From Schmidtea polychroa (taxonomy: Eukaryota): DNA of 64,000 nt. The position numbers and the translations under genes are program-made. Below, piece after piece: positions 25,930-39,020 of the stretch. A model generated the notes under the pieces. The model had not been told where the DNA came from, ran no database searches, and worked only from the letters and a program-made list of their open reading frames with translations. The stretch spans positions 36,458,001 through 36,522,000 of the forward strand of contig CM097885.1 of NCBI GenBank assembly GCA_044892525.1, in the 5' to 3' direction. The number at the start of each line of letters is the position of its first letter. The stretch's first letter is position 1.

Positions 25930-26600
25930 AGTGAAGACCGTGGTGGATCATGACCATGGCAGATTTGCAATCTGGAGGAAAATAGACCGGGAGGACGCGC
26001 CAATCATTGTAAGAAATTTGGAGAGAGGTACAACGAGCCACCGAGAGATTACATCAGTCAGAACACAACCCTGTCGAAAGATTGTTCAGCTATCATTGGA
26101 GATTTTATCGGGGAAAATAAGATGAACACTCAAGAAACGTGTGAATATACAAAAGGGCAAAGGGTCGTTGTGAAGTCGATACCGGGAAAGCGTACTACTC
26201 AATGGCCCATTGGAATTGTACCAGGAATTAATTCTGCCACAAGCATTGAAGTAGATGGAACATCGCAACACATTGCGGACATCCGACCAGCAGTGTAAGA
26301 AGATGTTGCTGATGATAAATCCGAAAAACAATCTCTGAGACTGATCTAATAAGTGAGGATATGAAAGCGGGCTGGCGTGACGGCTTGTCGAAATAACCTC
26401 GGAGGAAGCCGTTTTATCTTAAGCAATGACTTTGATACATCATAATGATCACGGAAGAATGCGCGAGAAAATACAGCGACACTGTTACATAACAGTGTCA
26501 AACGACGAAACTATTATGTAATAATTGTTGACGATATTATTACGTTGCGGTAATTTAGACTGCTATATTGATGTCTGTTTTTAATAAACTTTGTGCTCCA
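25930..26600 (+). mobile_element. Gypsy-like integrase 3' remnant with possible 3' LTR
   Basis: VVDHDHGRFAIWRKI parallels IIDCGPSRYAIWKKI; purine-rich tract then TG...aataaa...CA (~26378-26600). Confidence 0.45.
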
Positions 26601-26819
26601 AAATAATATTTGTATTAATTATTTAAATTTAATTTGAATTATCGTTCCTTTATTGACTGCACAATTGTTAAAGGATATATAGTATTGCGTAATATTTGTA
26701 CGGTACCCGGTGGTATGGCGTTATATAATTCTTTGATATTATGTAATTATATGTATTAAAACGTAATGATATATCGGTTTTTATTTTTAATAATTCTGAA
26801 GTATTAAAACATCGAAAGT

Positions 26820-27810
26820 TGTAGGCGGAAGACCGATTAATTTAATTTTGTTGAAAAGTAGTGATTCTTTTCATTATATAGAAGTCACTAATCTTGATAG
26901 ACTTTTAAATTGTCGTAATTCTGCTGTTACTAGTACTCGAATTCAAAGTATGTGGTGTAATCGCAGTTTAAATGGCTTCCGTACACTTGATTCTTTAGAT
27001 AAACATAAAGGTTTATGTGAGAAAATCAATTAGAAACAACTTTATATACTTTATCATAAGAATTTATATTTTAATGATTGGTCTAAAACAGTTACTCGAC
27101 CTTTTGTGGTTTACGCTGACTTTTAGCCTATCTTACCTATTGATAATAGATACTTTCAAAGGCACTTGCTGATTTCTGTAAGTCTTTTGCTAATATATAA
27201 TTTCACAGTTTTTTAGGGTAAGATTGTATTTTTAGTTTCCTTAAAGAAACTGAAAACATTGGTATGAAAACAGTTTTACCTGACCTTATTTATTTTTCTT
27301 CCGCAGTTATGTGTTATCTTTGCAAGTAAAGCCAACTAAAGATCATGATCATACTGGTAAATATTTGGGAGCAGCTTGTTCAACTTGTAATAATTCTAGG
27401 TATGAATTTCCAATTGTTTTCCATAATTTGCGAGGGTATGATATTCATCATATCCTCAAATACGGGTTGAGTGGCTTTAAATCTTGGAATATTTTATGCA
27501 TTCCAACGACAACTGAAAAGTTCTTAACATTATCTGCTAGAATAGGGGGTTTAATTATTAAATTTATCGATTATTAAATTTACGGATGAGCCTGAATTAA
27601 TTAATTTAATAAAAGACTGAATCTGTTGATCTAGATTCACTTTAATATGGATTGCTATGAAAATTATACTAAATAAGATATTTATACTAAATAAGATATT
27701 TCCAACATGGGTATATATACAACATCTATTCACGATAAACTTGATGATTTTCCGGTTGCAGCTGAAAAAATGTGTGCTCCATGATATAAAGTGGAGAAGT
27801 TGATGCTTTT
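26820..27810 (+). pseudogene. Second Polinton-type pPolB remnant (N-terminal zinc/endonuclease VII-like and exonuclease parts)
   Basis: HYIEVTNLDRLL..WC.R.L..F...L.KH..LC, PFVVYADF, DHDHTGKYLGAACSTCN, VFHNLRGYDIH, HDKLDDFPVAAEKM. Confidence 0.8.
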
Positions 27811-27971
27811 TTAAACTATTTTAAACTTCTTCACTGTCAATTTCATATTAGATAGGAAGTCAGATATTAGTTTATTTTTGTCAGGTTTGTCGTAAGAAGG
27901 TTTATTTCCTCGATAAGGTCTTCGAATCATAGTTTTGTCATCTGATCTTTGACGCAATGAATTGTCAATGA

Positions 27972-28366
27972 TTATCTTACAGATTTCATTAACGTTGGTG
28001 TTTTTTTTCTACGCTCCAAAGAAGGTTTTTCAATTTCTTTTTTAACATTTAAAACTTTTTTCGAAACCTTGATCGTTTCCGTTATTGGAGGTAACAAAGA
28101 AGTAATTACACTGCCTATATCAAATAAATTGAGGTTCTCTAAAGATAAATCAGAAATATAGTTTTTTATAAAAGCACAAATGAGCACACGACTCACAAGG
28201 CCAGAACCCCGAACATCATGCTGAATTTTACCAGATTTTATACAACAACCGGCAGATTCTCTAATTTCGTTGATTTTATGCAACAAAGTTTGACTAGTAA
28301 ATAAATAATTAAAATTAGTAATCAAAGTTGAGGGATTGAGAAAGTAATGCTCATCAGTTTTATAGT
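27972..28366 (-). pseudogene. Distal part of an unknown minus-strand ORF interrupted by Gypsy A (proximal part 39172-~39295)
   Basis: Reading frame is open across the reconstructed empty site. Confidence 0.5.
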
Positions 28367-28466
28367 TGTAATAATATTAAAGAATTAATATTATTATTCT
28401 TGTTTTAATTTGTGATAAAAACAAGAGAATAAATATTTGAATTTGGTCATTTTCAGAATTGTAACA

Positions 28467-29279
28467 ATGGCGTCACCAGCAGGATTTCCAGTATTAGATC
28501 TCACAAATGCAGATCAATGTCAAACATGGATGATGACATTCAGTACAATGACTCGAATTAACAAATTGGTTGATTCGGATAAACAGAATGTAATAACAGA
28601 CAATTTTATTGCCGTATGCGGGTTCGAGGCCCTTGGCAAAGTCATATCAATGCTGTCCCCGAAAAATATTCAAACAGTCAAATACGAAGAAATCGAAAGA
28701 ACTATAAAATCGTTCTTACAACCAAAGACAAGACTAGTGATAGCAGAAAGAAATAAATTTTTCTCATTAAAGCAGAAGGAATCAGAAGGAATCAGCGATT
28801 TCATTCTCAGACTAAGAAATGGAGCCGAATTCTGTCAATTCTCAAAACTAAAGGAATCAACAGATCCGACAGAAAACATGATTACAATGTCACTAATTGC
28901 AGGATTACATGACAGTGAATCAAAAAAGCGTTTGTTGGAAAAGATAGGCCATTCGGAACCAAGCGTCGACGACATCAAAGAGTTCGTTCAAAACATGGAG
29001 CAATTGAAAAGATTCATCACCAAGAACGTAACCCCTGCAGAATCAGAAGACAACAAGGAGCTACACTATATCAGAAGAGAGCAGAAATCAATAACAAAAT
29101 GCAAGTTTTGTGGGTCAGACCACGACCGAGGAAAATGTCCAGCTTTCGGGAAAAAATGCCTAAACTGTTCAAAACCGAATCACTTCGCAATTGTATGCCT
29201 ATCAGTGCAGAACAAACAAAATAAGCAAGTGAATTCCGTTATAGAAAGCTCTATAGAATTGGACACAAAGAATTGGTAA
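28467..29279 (+). CDS. gag: Gag of Gypsy A with two Cys/His knuckles
   Basis: CKFCGSDHDRGKCPAFGKKCLNCSKPNHFAIVC. Confidence 0.85.
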   Translation: MASPAGFPVLDLTNADQCQTWMMTFSTMTRINKLVDSDKQNVITDNFIAVCGFEALGKVISMLSPKNIQTVKYEEIERTIKSFLQPKTRLVIAERNKFFSLKQKESEGISDFILRLRNGAEFCQFSKLKESTDPTENMITMSLIAGLHDSESKKRLLEKIGHSEPSVDDIKEFVQNMEQLKRFITKNVTPAESEDNKELHYIRREQKSITKCKFCGSDHDRGKCPAFGKKCLNCSKPNHFAIVCLSVQNKQNKQVNSVIESSIELDTKNW

Positions 29280-30599
29280 GCTGCTTAATAAACTCAAACA
29301 AAATTCAGATGCAAATCGATACGGGAGCAGATGTCTCTATAATTTCGTCGAAATTTTGGAAAGACTTGGGTGAACCGAAGCTAAAACATCATAATATGAA
29401 ACTCACAGCCTACGACGGTCACATTATGAAATGCCTAGGTTACTTCATAGCAGAAGTAGAAACGGAAAAAAGAATTCATGCTATCAAGTTAACAGTTATT
29501 GAATCAGAGAAATCATATGGATTGTTGGGACAAGATATTATTGAAGATACTATGACCATCAATTCAATCAACAGCAAAGAATAAATCGAGCAACTTCCTT
29601 CCAAGTATACGAGGTGTACAGGCAAAAATGGAACTCTTAAAATATGCTAATAATTTCTTTTGCAGAGCAAGACCAGTACCGTTAGCATTAGAGAGCAGAG
29701 TCAACGCTGAGCTCCTACGCCTAGAAGAAATGGGTATAATCTCCCCTTGTCGCGATCCAGTTGCCAATTGTTCACCAGTTGTATGGATCAAGAAAGACAA
29801 TGGGGAATTGCGCATGTGCGTTGATTTCAAGGTCCACGTAAACCGTAAGATTAAAACTGAAACGTATCCTCTGCCAAATATTGAGACTATTTTTGCCCGT
29901 ATGAAGAATGCAAAAAGATTCGCAAAGATAGATCTGAAATCGGCATATTGGCAAATTGAACTAGACAATAATGCAAGGCAACTTTCCATCATAAATACCT
30001 CGAAAGGTCTATTCTACGTCAACCGCCTACAAATGGGTATGAAGAACTCATCTTCTATATTCCAGAGAACAATGGAACACATACTAGCCGATATAAAAGG
30101 CATTTTAATCTATCAAGACGATATATTAGTCTTTGGAGAGAATGACGAGGCTCTAAAAAACGATTAGAGGCGGTAAAGCAAAGATTAAAAGAAAAAAAGA
30201 TTACAATAAACAAGGAGAAATCAATCGAATGTCGACGAAATAACGTTTCTCGGATTCAGTATTTCAAGCCGAGGCATCCAACCGGACCAAAAGCTGGTCA
30301 ATAAAATACAAGATATATCAGTGCCATCCAACAAAAAAGAAGTTGAAAGTTTTATAGGCTTAGTAAATTATTTCGGCCGGTTGATACCACAATTCTCGAA
30401 TAAAATATCACCGATAAATAACCTCCGAAAAAAAGAAGCTCAATTCATATGGTCAAAGGAATGTCAAGAAAGTTTTGATTGGCTAAAAACGGAACTAAGT
30501 TCCCATCCCATAGTTAGATCGTATTGTCTAAATAAAGAAGCAACATTAACCACAGATGCATCGAAAGAAGCCATAGGAGCAGTCCTCACACAAGAAGGA
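29273..30599 (+). pseudogene. pol: Gypsy A pol 5' part (protease, RT, start of RNase H), frameshifted
   Basis: IDTGA, RMCVDF, KIDLKSAYWQ, YQDD, TTDAS. Confidence 0.9.
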
Positions 30600-30724
30600 T
30601 GTTGGGACATTAAGTAATTATTCAACACAATAATTTTAAAACAATATTTAAAAACAATTTAATTAATTTAAATATTGTGTTTGTTATAAAAATAAATTTT
30701 TTGAACACCAAAACACGTGTAACT

Positions 30725-31576
30725 ATGAGTCTTACAAATGGTGTCAAAAACTCCGAAGTTGACCATGTCTCGGTCAAAATTCCGGCCATTTTTCAAAATC
30801 AGAGTCTATGGTTCAAGCAAGTAGAGGCCAGCTTCAAGATATCCAGGATTACAGAAGAGACCACAAAGTATTTTTATTTAATTTCAAATCTCCCAACAAC
30901 GTTGCTAACAAAGTACGAACACTTACTGGACTCAGAAACCGAACTTGCATACACTACTCTGAAGGAAGCAATCCTAGCTGGTTTTGAACTATCAAGGACA
31001 ATATCACTAACTGACCTGATGAGAGACGACTGCCTGGGAGATCGATCTCCATCAGAAGCGCTTCAGCACATTACAGGACAAATACTAAGAATAGACACAT
31101 CCATGGACCCATTCAACAGTCCTATATCTCGGGAATTATTCATGCGACTACTACCAAGATCTGTTCAAGACATCCTATTATCGATGCCATCGACGGACCT
31201 TCGAAAATTAGCGATCACAGCAGACAGAATAATGATATCAAAGCGTCAATCAGTGAAGGCAATTGAACACGAAGATTACAACAATCAAGAAGTAGGAGAC
31301 AAGACGAGAACAATCATGGAACTGCAGGAAGAGATAAATGCAATACGACAAAAATTAAACAATAAAAACACCGGTAAGTTATGTTTTTATCATAGTAAAT
31401 TTGGGCATAGGGCGATGAAATGTCAACCGCCGTGTGAATGGAATGCAAATCAGAACAACTATCAATCGGGGAAGTACAACAGAGAGAAATATCAAAATTT
31501 CGAACCGTCAAACATATCCTCAAAGGAACAACAACAACAATTTCAACAAAAACAGCAACTTCAACAAAAACGGTAA
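30725..31576 (+). CDS. gag: Gag-like ORF of Gypsy B
   Basis: KIPAIF..WFKQVEASF, LGDRSPS, CFYHSKFGHRAMKCQPPC, Q-rich tail. Confidence 0.85.
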   Translation: MSLTNGVKNSEVDHVSVKIPAIFQNQSLWFKQVEASFKISRITEETTKYFYLISNLPTTLLTKYEHLLDSETELAYTTLKEAILAGFELSRTISLTDLMRDDCLGDRSPSEALQHITGQILRIDTSMDPFNSPISRELFMRLLPRSVQDILLSMPSTDLRKLAITADRIMISKRQSVKAIEHEDYNNQEVGDKTRTIMELQEEINAIRQKLNNKNTGKLCFYHSKFGHRAMKCQPPCEWNANQNNYQSGKYNREKYQNFEPSNISSKEQQQQFQQKQQLQQKR

Positions 31577-31636
31577 CTTCAACAGCAACAATTTCAACAA
31601 CCACAGAGAGAACCAGGGAAACGAGAGAAGGTTTCA

Positions 31637-33050
31637 TTGAACCCGAACAGTGAAACCTACAAAATCATATCCTCTTTCATGGGACAAAACAACTCACAAA
31701 TATTCGAAATACCAGCAATCATAAATGGAGAACAAATTGACTTTCTCATAGATACAGGCGCTGATCTCAGCATCCTTCCCGCAAACCGTTTCAAGCCTGA
31801 TAGAAATGGAGAACATCGATCTTTAGTATCCGCCAACAATTCATCAATCACAACTACCACGGGCAAAAAACGATTGAATTTACTATTGAAGGATTCAGAA
31901 CTAAATTTATATGGTCTTTTGCTATAGCCGGCATATCTTGTCCAATTTTAGGTGCAGACTTCCTGGCCCATCACAAAATCGATGTTAGTTGTTATTCCAG
32001 ATCAATATGTTGCCCTAGCAGTAACGAAAGAACAGAAGCGCGGAGAAGCCAATGTACCAAGATCTGTGCTACAATCAACAAAGAAACCACATTAACCACG
32101 AAACTACAAATTATCACCAATGGTTCCCCTGTAGCTCAAAGACAAAGACCACTTTTTGGAGAAAAATTAGTTGCAACAAAGAAAGAGTTTGACAGACTCT
32201 TAAATGAAGGTGTGATTCGGCCAAGCAAGAGTGACTGGGCATCTCCATTAGTAGTGGTTAAGAAGCCGGATGGGTCATGGCGGCCTTGTGGAGACTACAG
32301 AATGTTAAATGAAATAACCCAGCCTGACAGATATCCACTTCCGAGAATTCAAGATTTACTGAACAAGATAAACAACCCTCATGTATTCACTAAATTAGAT
32401 TTGGAAAAGGCATATCATCAAATTCCGATTTGTGACGGAGACAAAGACAGCAGTCATAACACCTTTTGGATTGTTCGAATATACGAAGATGCCTTTTGGA
32501 CTTCGAAACGCATCTCAAACGTTTCAGAGACACTTGGACAACGTACTCCGAGAACATCAGTAGCATTCTTTATCCTATATTGATGATGTTCTGATATTCT
32601 CCAAGACTGAAACAGAGCATAAAGAACACGTGACAAGGGTGATGGCCAGTCTTCAAGCCGCTGGTCTCACAATCAACCAGAGCAAATGCGAATTCCAAAC
32701 CGAAAAGGTAAACTTTTTGGGTTTTGAATTAACAAAACAAGGAATAAAACCCTCTGAAGAACGCACGTTGGCAATTAGCAATTTAAAGAAGCCAACTAAC
32801 AGTCAAGATTTACGACGTTTTATTGGTGGCATCGGCTATTATCACTGGCTAATTCCAAGACTGTCAGATACACTGAGTCCACTGCATGACTTGTTACAAG
32901 AGTCGGTCAATAAAAAGGAAGATATCTTATGGCAAGACTGCCATACACACGCTTTCATGAGTGCCAAAAATTCGGTACGTGAAATCAGCAATGTTTCATA
33001 TCCTAACCCGTCCAAGCCATTCCTATTATGCACTGACGCATCCTCTAAAG
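31637..33050 (+). pseudogene. pol: Gypsy B protease and RT, frameshifted
   Basis: FLIDTGA, WASPL, WRPCGDYR, DRYPLP, YIDDV, CTDASS. Confidence 0.9.
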
Positions 33051-33686
33051 CAGGGATGGCGAACGCAGATAAATTTTCGCTGGCACGTATAATATTTTTC
33101 ATTTTCATACATATGTAATGTACTGACTAATCCAAATGCATTTTTGATATTGAAAAAATTGTGAACTCAATTCAAATTTAATGCATAAATTTTGTTATTT
33201 AAAAACGAACTTCCAGATTTCTGGCGCCTTTATTCATAACGTTAAAATATAATTATATTATTTGCGTATGTAGGTATAGGTATGTACAAGTATGAACATG
33301 TAATTTTAAATATAAAAAAAATGTTAAAATGAATATAGTATGCTTTGGATTTTCAAATATATACATACATATATATATGAATATTTGCATTCTCGCCAAA
33401 ATTGAAATTCACTAATTCTAATGCAGTTCAGTTAAAAAATTTGTAAGTAAGATTGAAAATTGTTTTAATATTTGCATTCTCGCCAAAATTGAAATTCACT
33501 AATTCTAATTCAGTTCAGTTAAAAACTTTGTAAGTGCGATTGAAAATTGTGTTTTCTTATTTTAGTATTATTTTTTGCTAATAAAAAAAAATCTATTTAT
33601 ATTTTTAGAAGACAATTATAATTGATTTCAAAAGGTAATTCATTAACAATTTTAATGATAAATAAATAATATGTTTCAACTTTAGA

Positions 33687-36035
33687 ATGTCAGAAAATAA
33701 GAAAAGGAAAACAGAGGCCAGCTCTAACAGACCATTTCAAGATTGGTGGACTGATAAATATGGAATGATGAAAAGCAATAACAATGCCCTGTGTGCGTTG
33801 TGTGGAAATACAGTAGTGTGCAGAACATCCTCAGTAAAACGTCATTATGAAACTACTCATTTATTTCTTTTATCTAAAAGTGATTCAGAACAAAAAGAAT
33901 ATACTGCACGTGAAGTTAAAAATAAAAATTTCCAATCAAACTCATTCACTACATTTATGAAACATACAAATTATTTAGTTGCTGCTAGTTTTGAGGTTTC
34001 CAAGACTATTGCTACTCATAGCAAACCATTTAGCGATGGAGATTATATTAAAGAAGCTTTCATTAAATGTGCACCACATTTATTTGAAGATTTTCAAAAT
34101 AAAGAGCAGATACTTAAGCGCATTGAAGAATTAAGTATAAGTCGAAATACTGTTAAAGACAGGATATTAAAAATGCATAAAAAAATTAATATTAAAAAAA
34201 TAAATGATATACGTTCAGCAAAGCTATTTTCTATATGTCTTGATGATAGTACCGACGTAACATCTTCAGCTCGCTTGTCCATAATTGCTCGTTATGCAAA
34301 AGGAGAAAAAATAGTTGAGGAATTGCTTTCACTAGTTTCCTTATCAGCATAAACAACTGGGAAAAGATATTATATTCTATATGTCTTGATGATAGTACCG
34401 ACGTAACATCTTCAGCTCGCTTGTCCATAATTGCTCGTTATGCTAAAGGAGAAAAAATAGTTGAGGAATTGCTTTCACTAGTTTCCTTATCAGCAAAAAC
34501 AACTGGGAAAAGATATTATATTCTATATGTCTTGATGATAGTACCGACGTAACATCTTCAGCTCGCTTGTCCATAATTGCTCGTTATGCTAAAGGAGAAA
34601 AAATAGTTGAGGAATTGCTTTCACTAGTTTCCTTATCAGCAAAAACAACTGGGAAAAGATATTATATTCTATATGTCTTGATGATAGTACCGACGTAACA
34701 TCTTCAGCTCGCTTGTCCATAATTGCTCGTTATGCTAAAGGAGAAAAAATAGTTGAGGAATTGCTTTCACTAGTTTCCTTATCAGCAAAAACAACTGGGA
34801 AAGATATTAGTGATGCAGTTATAAAAACGTTTCAAATAGCTGAGATACATCAACAATAGTGTCAATTACAACTGATGGAGCTCCCTCAATGATAGGACGG
34901 CAAGCTGGTTTTGTATCTCTTTTTCAAGAACACGTTGGGCATCCAATTATTAATTTTCATTGTATAATTCATCAAGAAGTTCTATGTGCGAAGTCTGGAT
35001 TGGCAGCATTTGATGATATTTTAAGTATTGTTTCCAAAATAATAAATTTTATAGCAGCTCGAGCTTTGAATAAGCGGCAATTTCAGTTGCTTCTACAAGA
35101 GGTAGGTTCAAATTATCATGGATTGTTAATGTATAATCACGTACGCTGGCTTAGTAGAGGATTTGTGTTACAACGTTTTGTAGAATGTTTTGATGAAATT
35201 ATCATGTTTCTTAATGATAAAAAAACCGAATTTCCTGAAATTTTTGATAATAACTGGATCACCAAATTAATGTTTTTAACGGATATTTCCAACCATTTAA
35301 ATGAATTAAATATTAAATTGCAAGGTCCCGGAAAATCAATTGATGTAATGTTCGATATTATTGAAGGTTTTGAGTCCAAATTAGTAATATTTAAACGCGA
35401 TATTGACAACAATAATTTTAAGTATTTTCCTTTGTTGAAAGATCACCTTCAAAAATTTTCTATTCATGGAGTCTATGAAATTAATATAAATTTTTATAGC
35501 CAAGTTATAAGTGACATACAAGACAATTTTGCTAATAGATTTCAAGATTTCAAAAATTTTCAACCATTAATTAACTTTATTAAATATCCAGACAAGTTTG
35601 ATATGGAAACTGCTAAAATTGATCAATTAGACTGGTTACAGTTGGAGAATTTAGAAATGCAGTTGGCAGAGTTTCAATCAAGTTCTATTTGGAAGCTGAA
35701 ATTTATAGAGTTAAGGCAAGAAATAGAAAATAATGAAAAAAAAAAGATTAAATGAAGAAGAATACGAAAACATGAATAATATGTTGTTGAAGACATGGTG
35801 TTCGCTCCCAGAAACATTTAATGCGATGAAGAAATTGTCTTTAGCTATTCTAACAATATTTTCATCAACGTATAGCTGTGAAAGTCTATTTTCGATTATG
35901 AATAATATAAAATCTGATGTACGAAACAGACTTACCGATGAATGTGGGGAGGCTTGTATTTCATTAAAATTGTCAAACTATGATCCGGATATTGATGCAT
36001 TATCGAGAAATATTCAGCAACAAAAATCCCATTAA
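33687..36035 (+). pseudogene. hAT transposase, disrupted
   Basis: BED-like CALC..RHY..H, SICLDDSTD, TTDGAPSM, HCIIHQE, VRWLSRG, STYSCESLFS; stop, frameshifts and internal tandem repeat. Confidence 0.93.
34229..34809 (+). repeat. Four tandem copies of a 146-bp transposase segment
   Basis: ctatatgtcttgatgatagtacc at 34231, 34377, 34523, 34669. Confidence 0.95.
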
Positions 36036-36199
36036 AAACATGTCAGCATATTATAGAAATGAATCTATATATAATTTTTAAAAGCATGTATTTTCATTTA
36101 ATAAAAATAATTTGTATTGGCACGCATGTATATTCATTTTATAAAAATAATATTTATTGGCACGCAGTCAAAAAAAGGTTCGCCATCCCTGCTCTAAAG

Positions 36200-37479
36200 C
36201 AATTGGAGCAAGTCTAAGTCAAATCAACGAAGAAAATAAATCATTTCCAATTGCTTTCTTTTCGAGGAAATTAAATCTAACCGAACAGAAGTATTCTACC
36301 TTTGACAGGGAGTTACTGGCAATATTCTTATCTATAAAACATTTTAAGCATTTCTTAGACGGTTCTCATTTCACAGTCATGACGGACCACAAACCTTTAC
36401 TACGAGCTAGACATATGAAAGATCCATCGCCAAGGCAATGGCGAATAATCGAATACCTTGATCAATTTGATTTCACCATCGAATTCATCAAAGGGAAAGA
36501 TAATGTAGTCGCCGATCTCTTGTCCAGACTATGCAGTAACCAAAACCTACAAGTATCAACGGTGGAAATTAATTTCGTCGAATTCACGAAAGAAAGGTTA
36601 AAAGAAGAACAAAGGAAAGATCAGACCTTATCTACACTGAAAAATGCAAGTCTCCAGTTATGTAGTACTACGGATGACATTCTCATTGACAATTCTACGG
36701 GGGAAACCAGAGTAGTACTGCCAAAAATATTCCTAAAACAAGAATTTCTAAGAATTCATAACATATCGCATCCAGCATCCAAACCAACGATAGAACTGAT
36801 CAAGGCGAGATATGTGTGGCCTCAGATGAAAAGCGACATATGATCATAAGAACATTTGAAAGAGAGTGGATCAGTCGCTTTGGTGTTCCAGAAATTGTCA
36901 TAACAGATCAAGGAACACAATTTGAATCAGAAAAATTCTCCAATTTCTGCAAGGTAATGGGAATCGAAAGGAGGCGAACAACAGCCTATCACCCTCAATC
37001 CAATGGGAAGATAGAAAGATGGCACAGAGCCATGAAAAACTCAATAAGAGCCGCATCAGAAGACTCAGTCTAAGAAACTGCACGAAGTCTAATGGGTCTC
37101 CATCAGCAGCGCAACTCACATTCGGTTGTCGAGCCAGATTACCCGGAGATTTTGTCATTAGTGAACCAACATTAACGATATCGAAGAGAAGTTGACATCG
37201 ATTCAAGAGGAAATCGACTCACAACTAAGTAACAAACAAACAAGCCAACCAAAAGAACATAGTTTTGTAAGCAAACTATTAGTTCACTGCAAAAGAGTGT
37301 GGCTTCGATCTGAATTTAGGAAATCGTTAGAAGATCCGTACACGGGACCATACGACGTCATAGAAAGATCCGATGACAATAAAACGGTAAAAATCAAAAT
37401 CGGAGACCAAGTAAAGAATGTTAGCATCGACCGTCTCAAGATATGGATTGGAACGGACCAATTGGCTCCGCAATCTTAA
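36200..37479 (+). pseudogene. pol: Gypsy B RNase H and integrase with internal deletion
   Basis: YSTFDRELLA, TDHKPL, HNISHP, TDQGTQF, YHPQSNGKIER, GPY; CxxC and first catalytic Asp absent near 36840. Confidence 0.88.
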
Positions 37480-37631
37480 GGGGGAGTTGTGTTGGGACAT
37501 TAAGTAATTATTCAACACAATAATTTTAAAACAATATTTAAAAACAATTTAATTTGTTTAAATATTGTGTTTGTTATAAAAATAAATTTTTTGAACACCA
37601 AAACACGTGTAACTATGAGTCTTACAAAGGA

Positions 37632-39020
37632 CATCCAGTCATATTCGTCTCGAGGACATTATCGGAAGCAGAAAAGAACTACTCTAATATAGAAAGAGAA
37701 GCATTAGCCATAGTCTGGTCAGTTTCAAGATTAAGCCACTTTCTATTAGGGCGAAAATTTACATTACAAACTGACCACCCCGCTCATATATTTATTAGGA
37801 AGTAATCAAGCAATACCCGATCATACTTCTCTGCGAATTACGAAATGGGCTTTAAATCTGATGCAATATGATTACATCATTACACATGTTCCAGGAAAAG
37901 AAATTACTCATGCGGATGCATTGACAAGATTACGATTTAGTATTCAAGCGGTCGATTTTAAGACATTGAGCTATGCTAGAATGCACAGTGTTGTCTTTCA
38001 AACAATTTTAAAACCCCAAGAAGTAAAAAGTGAGCTACAATTAGACACTCGTATACAAGGAATTATAAACAGGGTAAAACATGGAAAATGGTCAAAATGC
38101 AGTCAGTATGAATCCTCATTTAAGGCGGTTTCAGGATCTCTCACAATCGAAAATGGAATGCTATATAAAGGATCTCGTCTATTCATACCAGAACGTTTAA
38201 GACGAAAGGCGATAGATTCGTTCCACAAGGAATCTCACAGTGGCATTCAATCATCCTGCAGGATGATTCAAAACGCAGCATGGTGGCCTGGTATAACGAG
38301 AGACATCGAACAATATGTGAAATATGTTCTACATTACGCCCCCAGAAACAGAAGACAGTCCACGAGTGGCCAAACGCCACACCCTTTGAAAGACTTCACA
38401 TAGATTGGGCGTACTCCCGAGACGTCGGAAACATTTTAATAATCGTTGATTCAGGATCGGGATGGATCGAAGCCTTTAGAACCAAAGAACGCACAACTGA
38501 AAACGCCATCAAATGCCTACGAACAGTATTCACCAGATATGGAATACCAGAATGCATAGTATCCGACAACGCTCCTGAGTTTACATCAAAAGAATTTTTA
38601 GCATGGATTGAGAATCAAGGAGCTCGAAAGATAGAATCTCCGCCTTACTTTCCAATGGCAAATGGGAGGGCAGAGAGAGCTGTCCAGACAATAAAGAAGG
38701 GGATCAAATGTTGGAAGCTAAGCCAATGTCATATGGAATTTGACGTCGTCCCCCAGAGGAAGTTATTTTATCATCGCATCTCAGCAAACTATTATGGTAA
38801 ATCTCCGGCGGAAATGGTTTTTGGAAGGCAGATTAGAAGAAACACGTCGTGGATAATGGACGTCAAGGGAGAGGAGCCTGTCTTACGACTATCAAGCAAT
38901 AATCAGATATACTCCCAGGCACCAAAAAAGCAACAGAAAAAACGTTTACTTCTCAGGAGAACCCGAGGACAATTCATATCAGCATTCTCTCTTAACGGAG
39001 GCTATGCCCGACGGCGATAA
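37632..39020 (+). pseudogene. pol: Gypsy A RNase H and integrase, frameshifted
   Basis: YSNIEREALA, HADALTR, LHIDW, SDNAPEF, NGRAERAVQT. Confidence 0.9.

Larger units (their letters stand above)
33051..36191 (+). mobile_element. hAT DNA transposon (Buster/SPIN, GTF2IRD2-like) nested in Gypsy B
   Basis: 14-bp TIR cagggatggcgaac, 8-bp TSD CTCTAAAG; removal restores CTDASSK|AIGASL. Confidence 0.96.
30600..37626 (+). mobile_element. Gypsy LTR retrotransposon B nested in A; 137-bp LTRs (30600-30736, 37490-37626)
   Basis: LTRs 135/137 identical, TSD AAGGA, PBS-like tggtgtca, PPT aagggggag; removal restores LTQEG|HPVIFVSR. Confidence 0.96.

Noticed and set aside
34229..34809. CRISPR-like array
   Set aside because: Contiguous units without spacers, derived from transposase; eukaryotic context
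29564..35563. Several minus-strand ORFs over pol and transposase
   Set aside because: Antisense shadows of real coding frames
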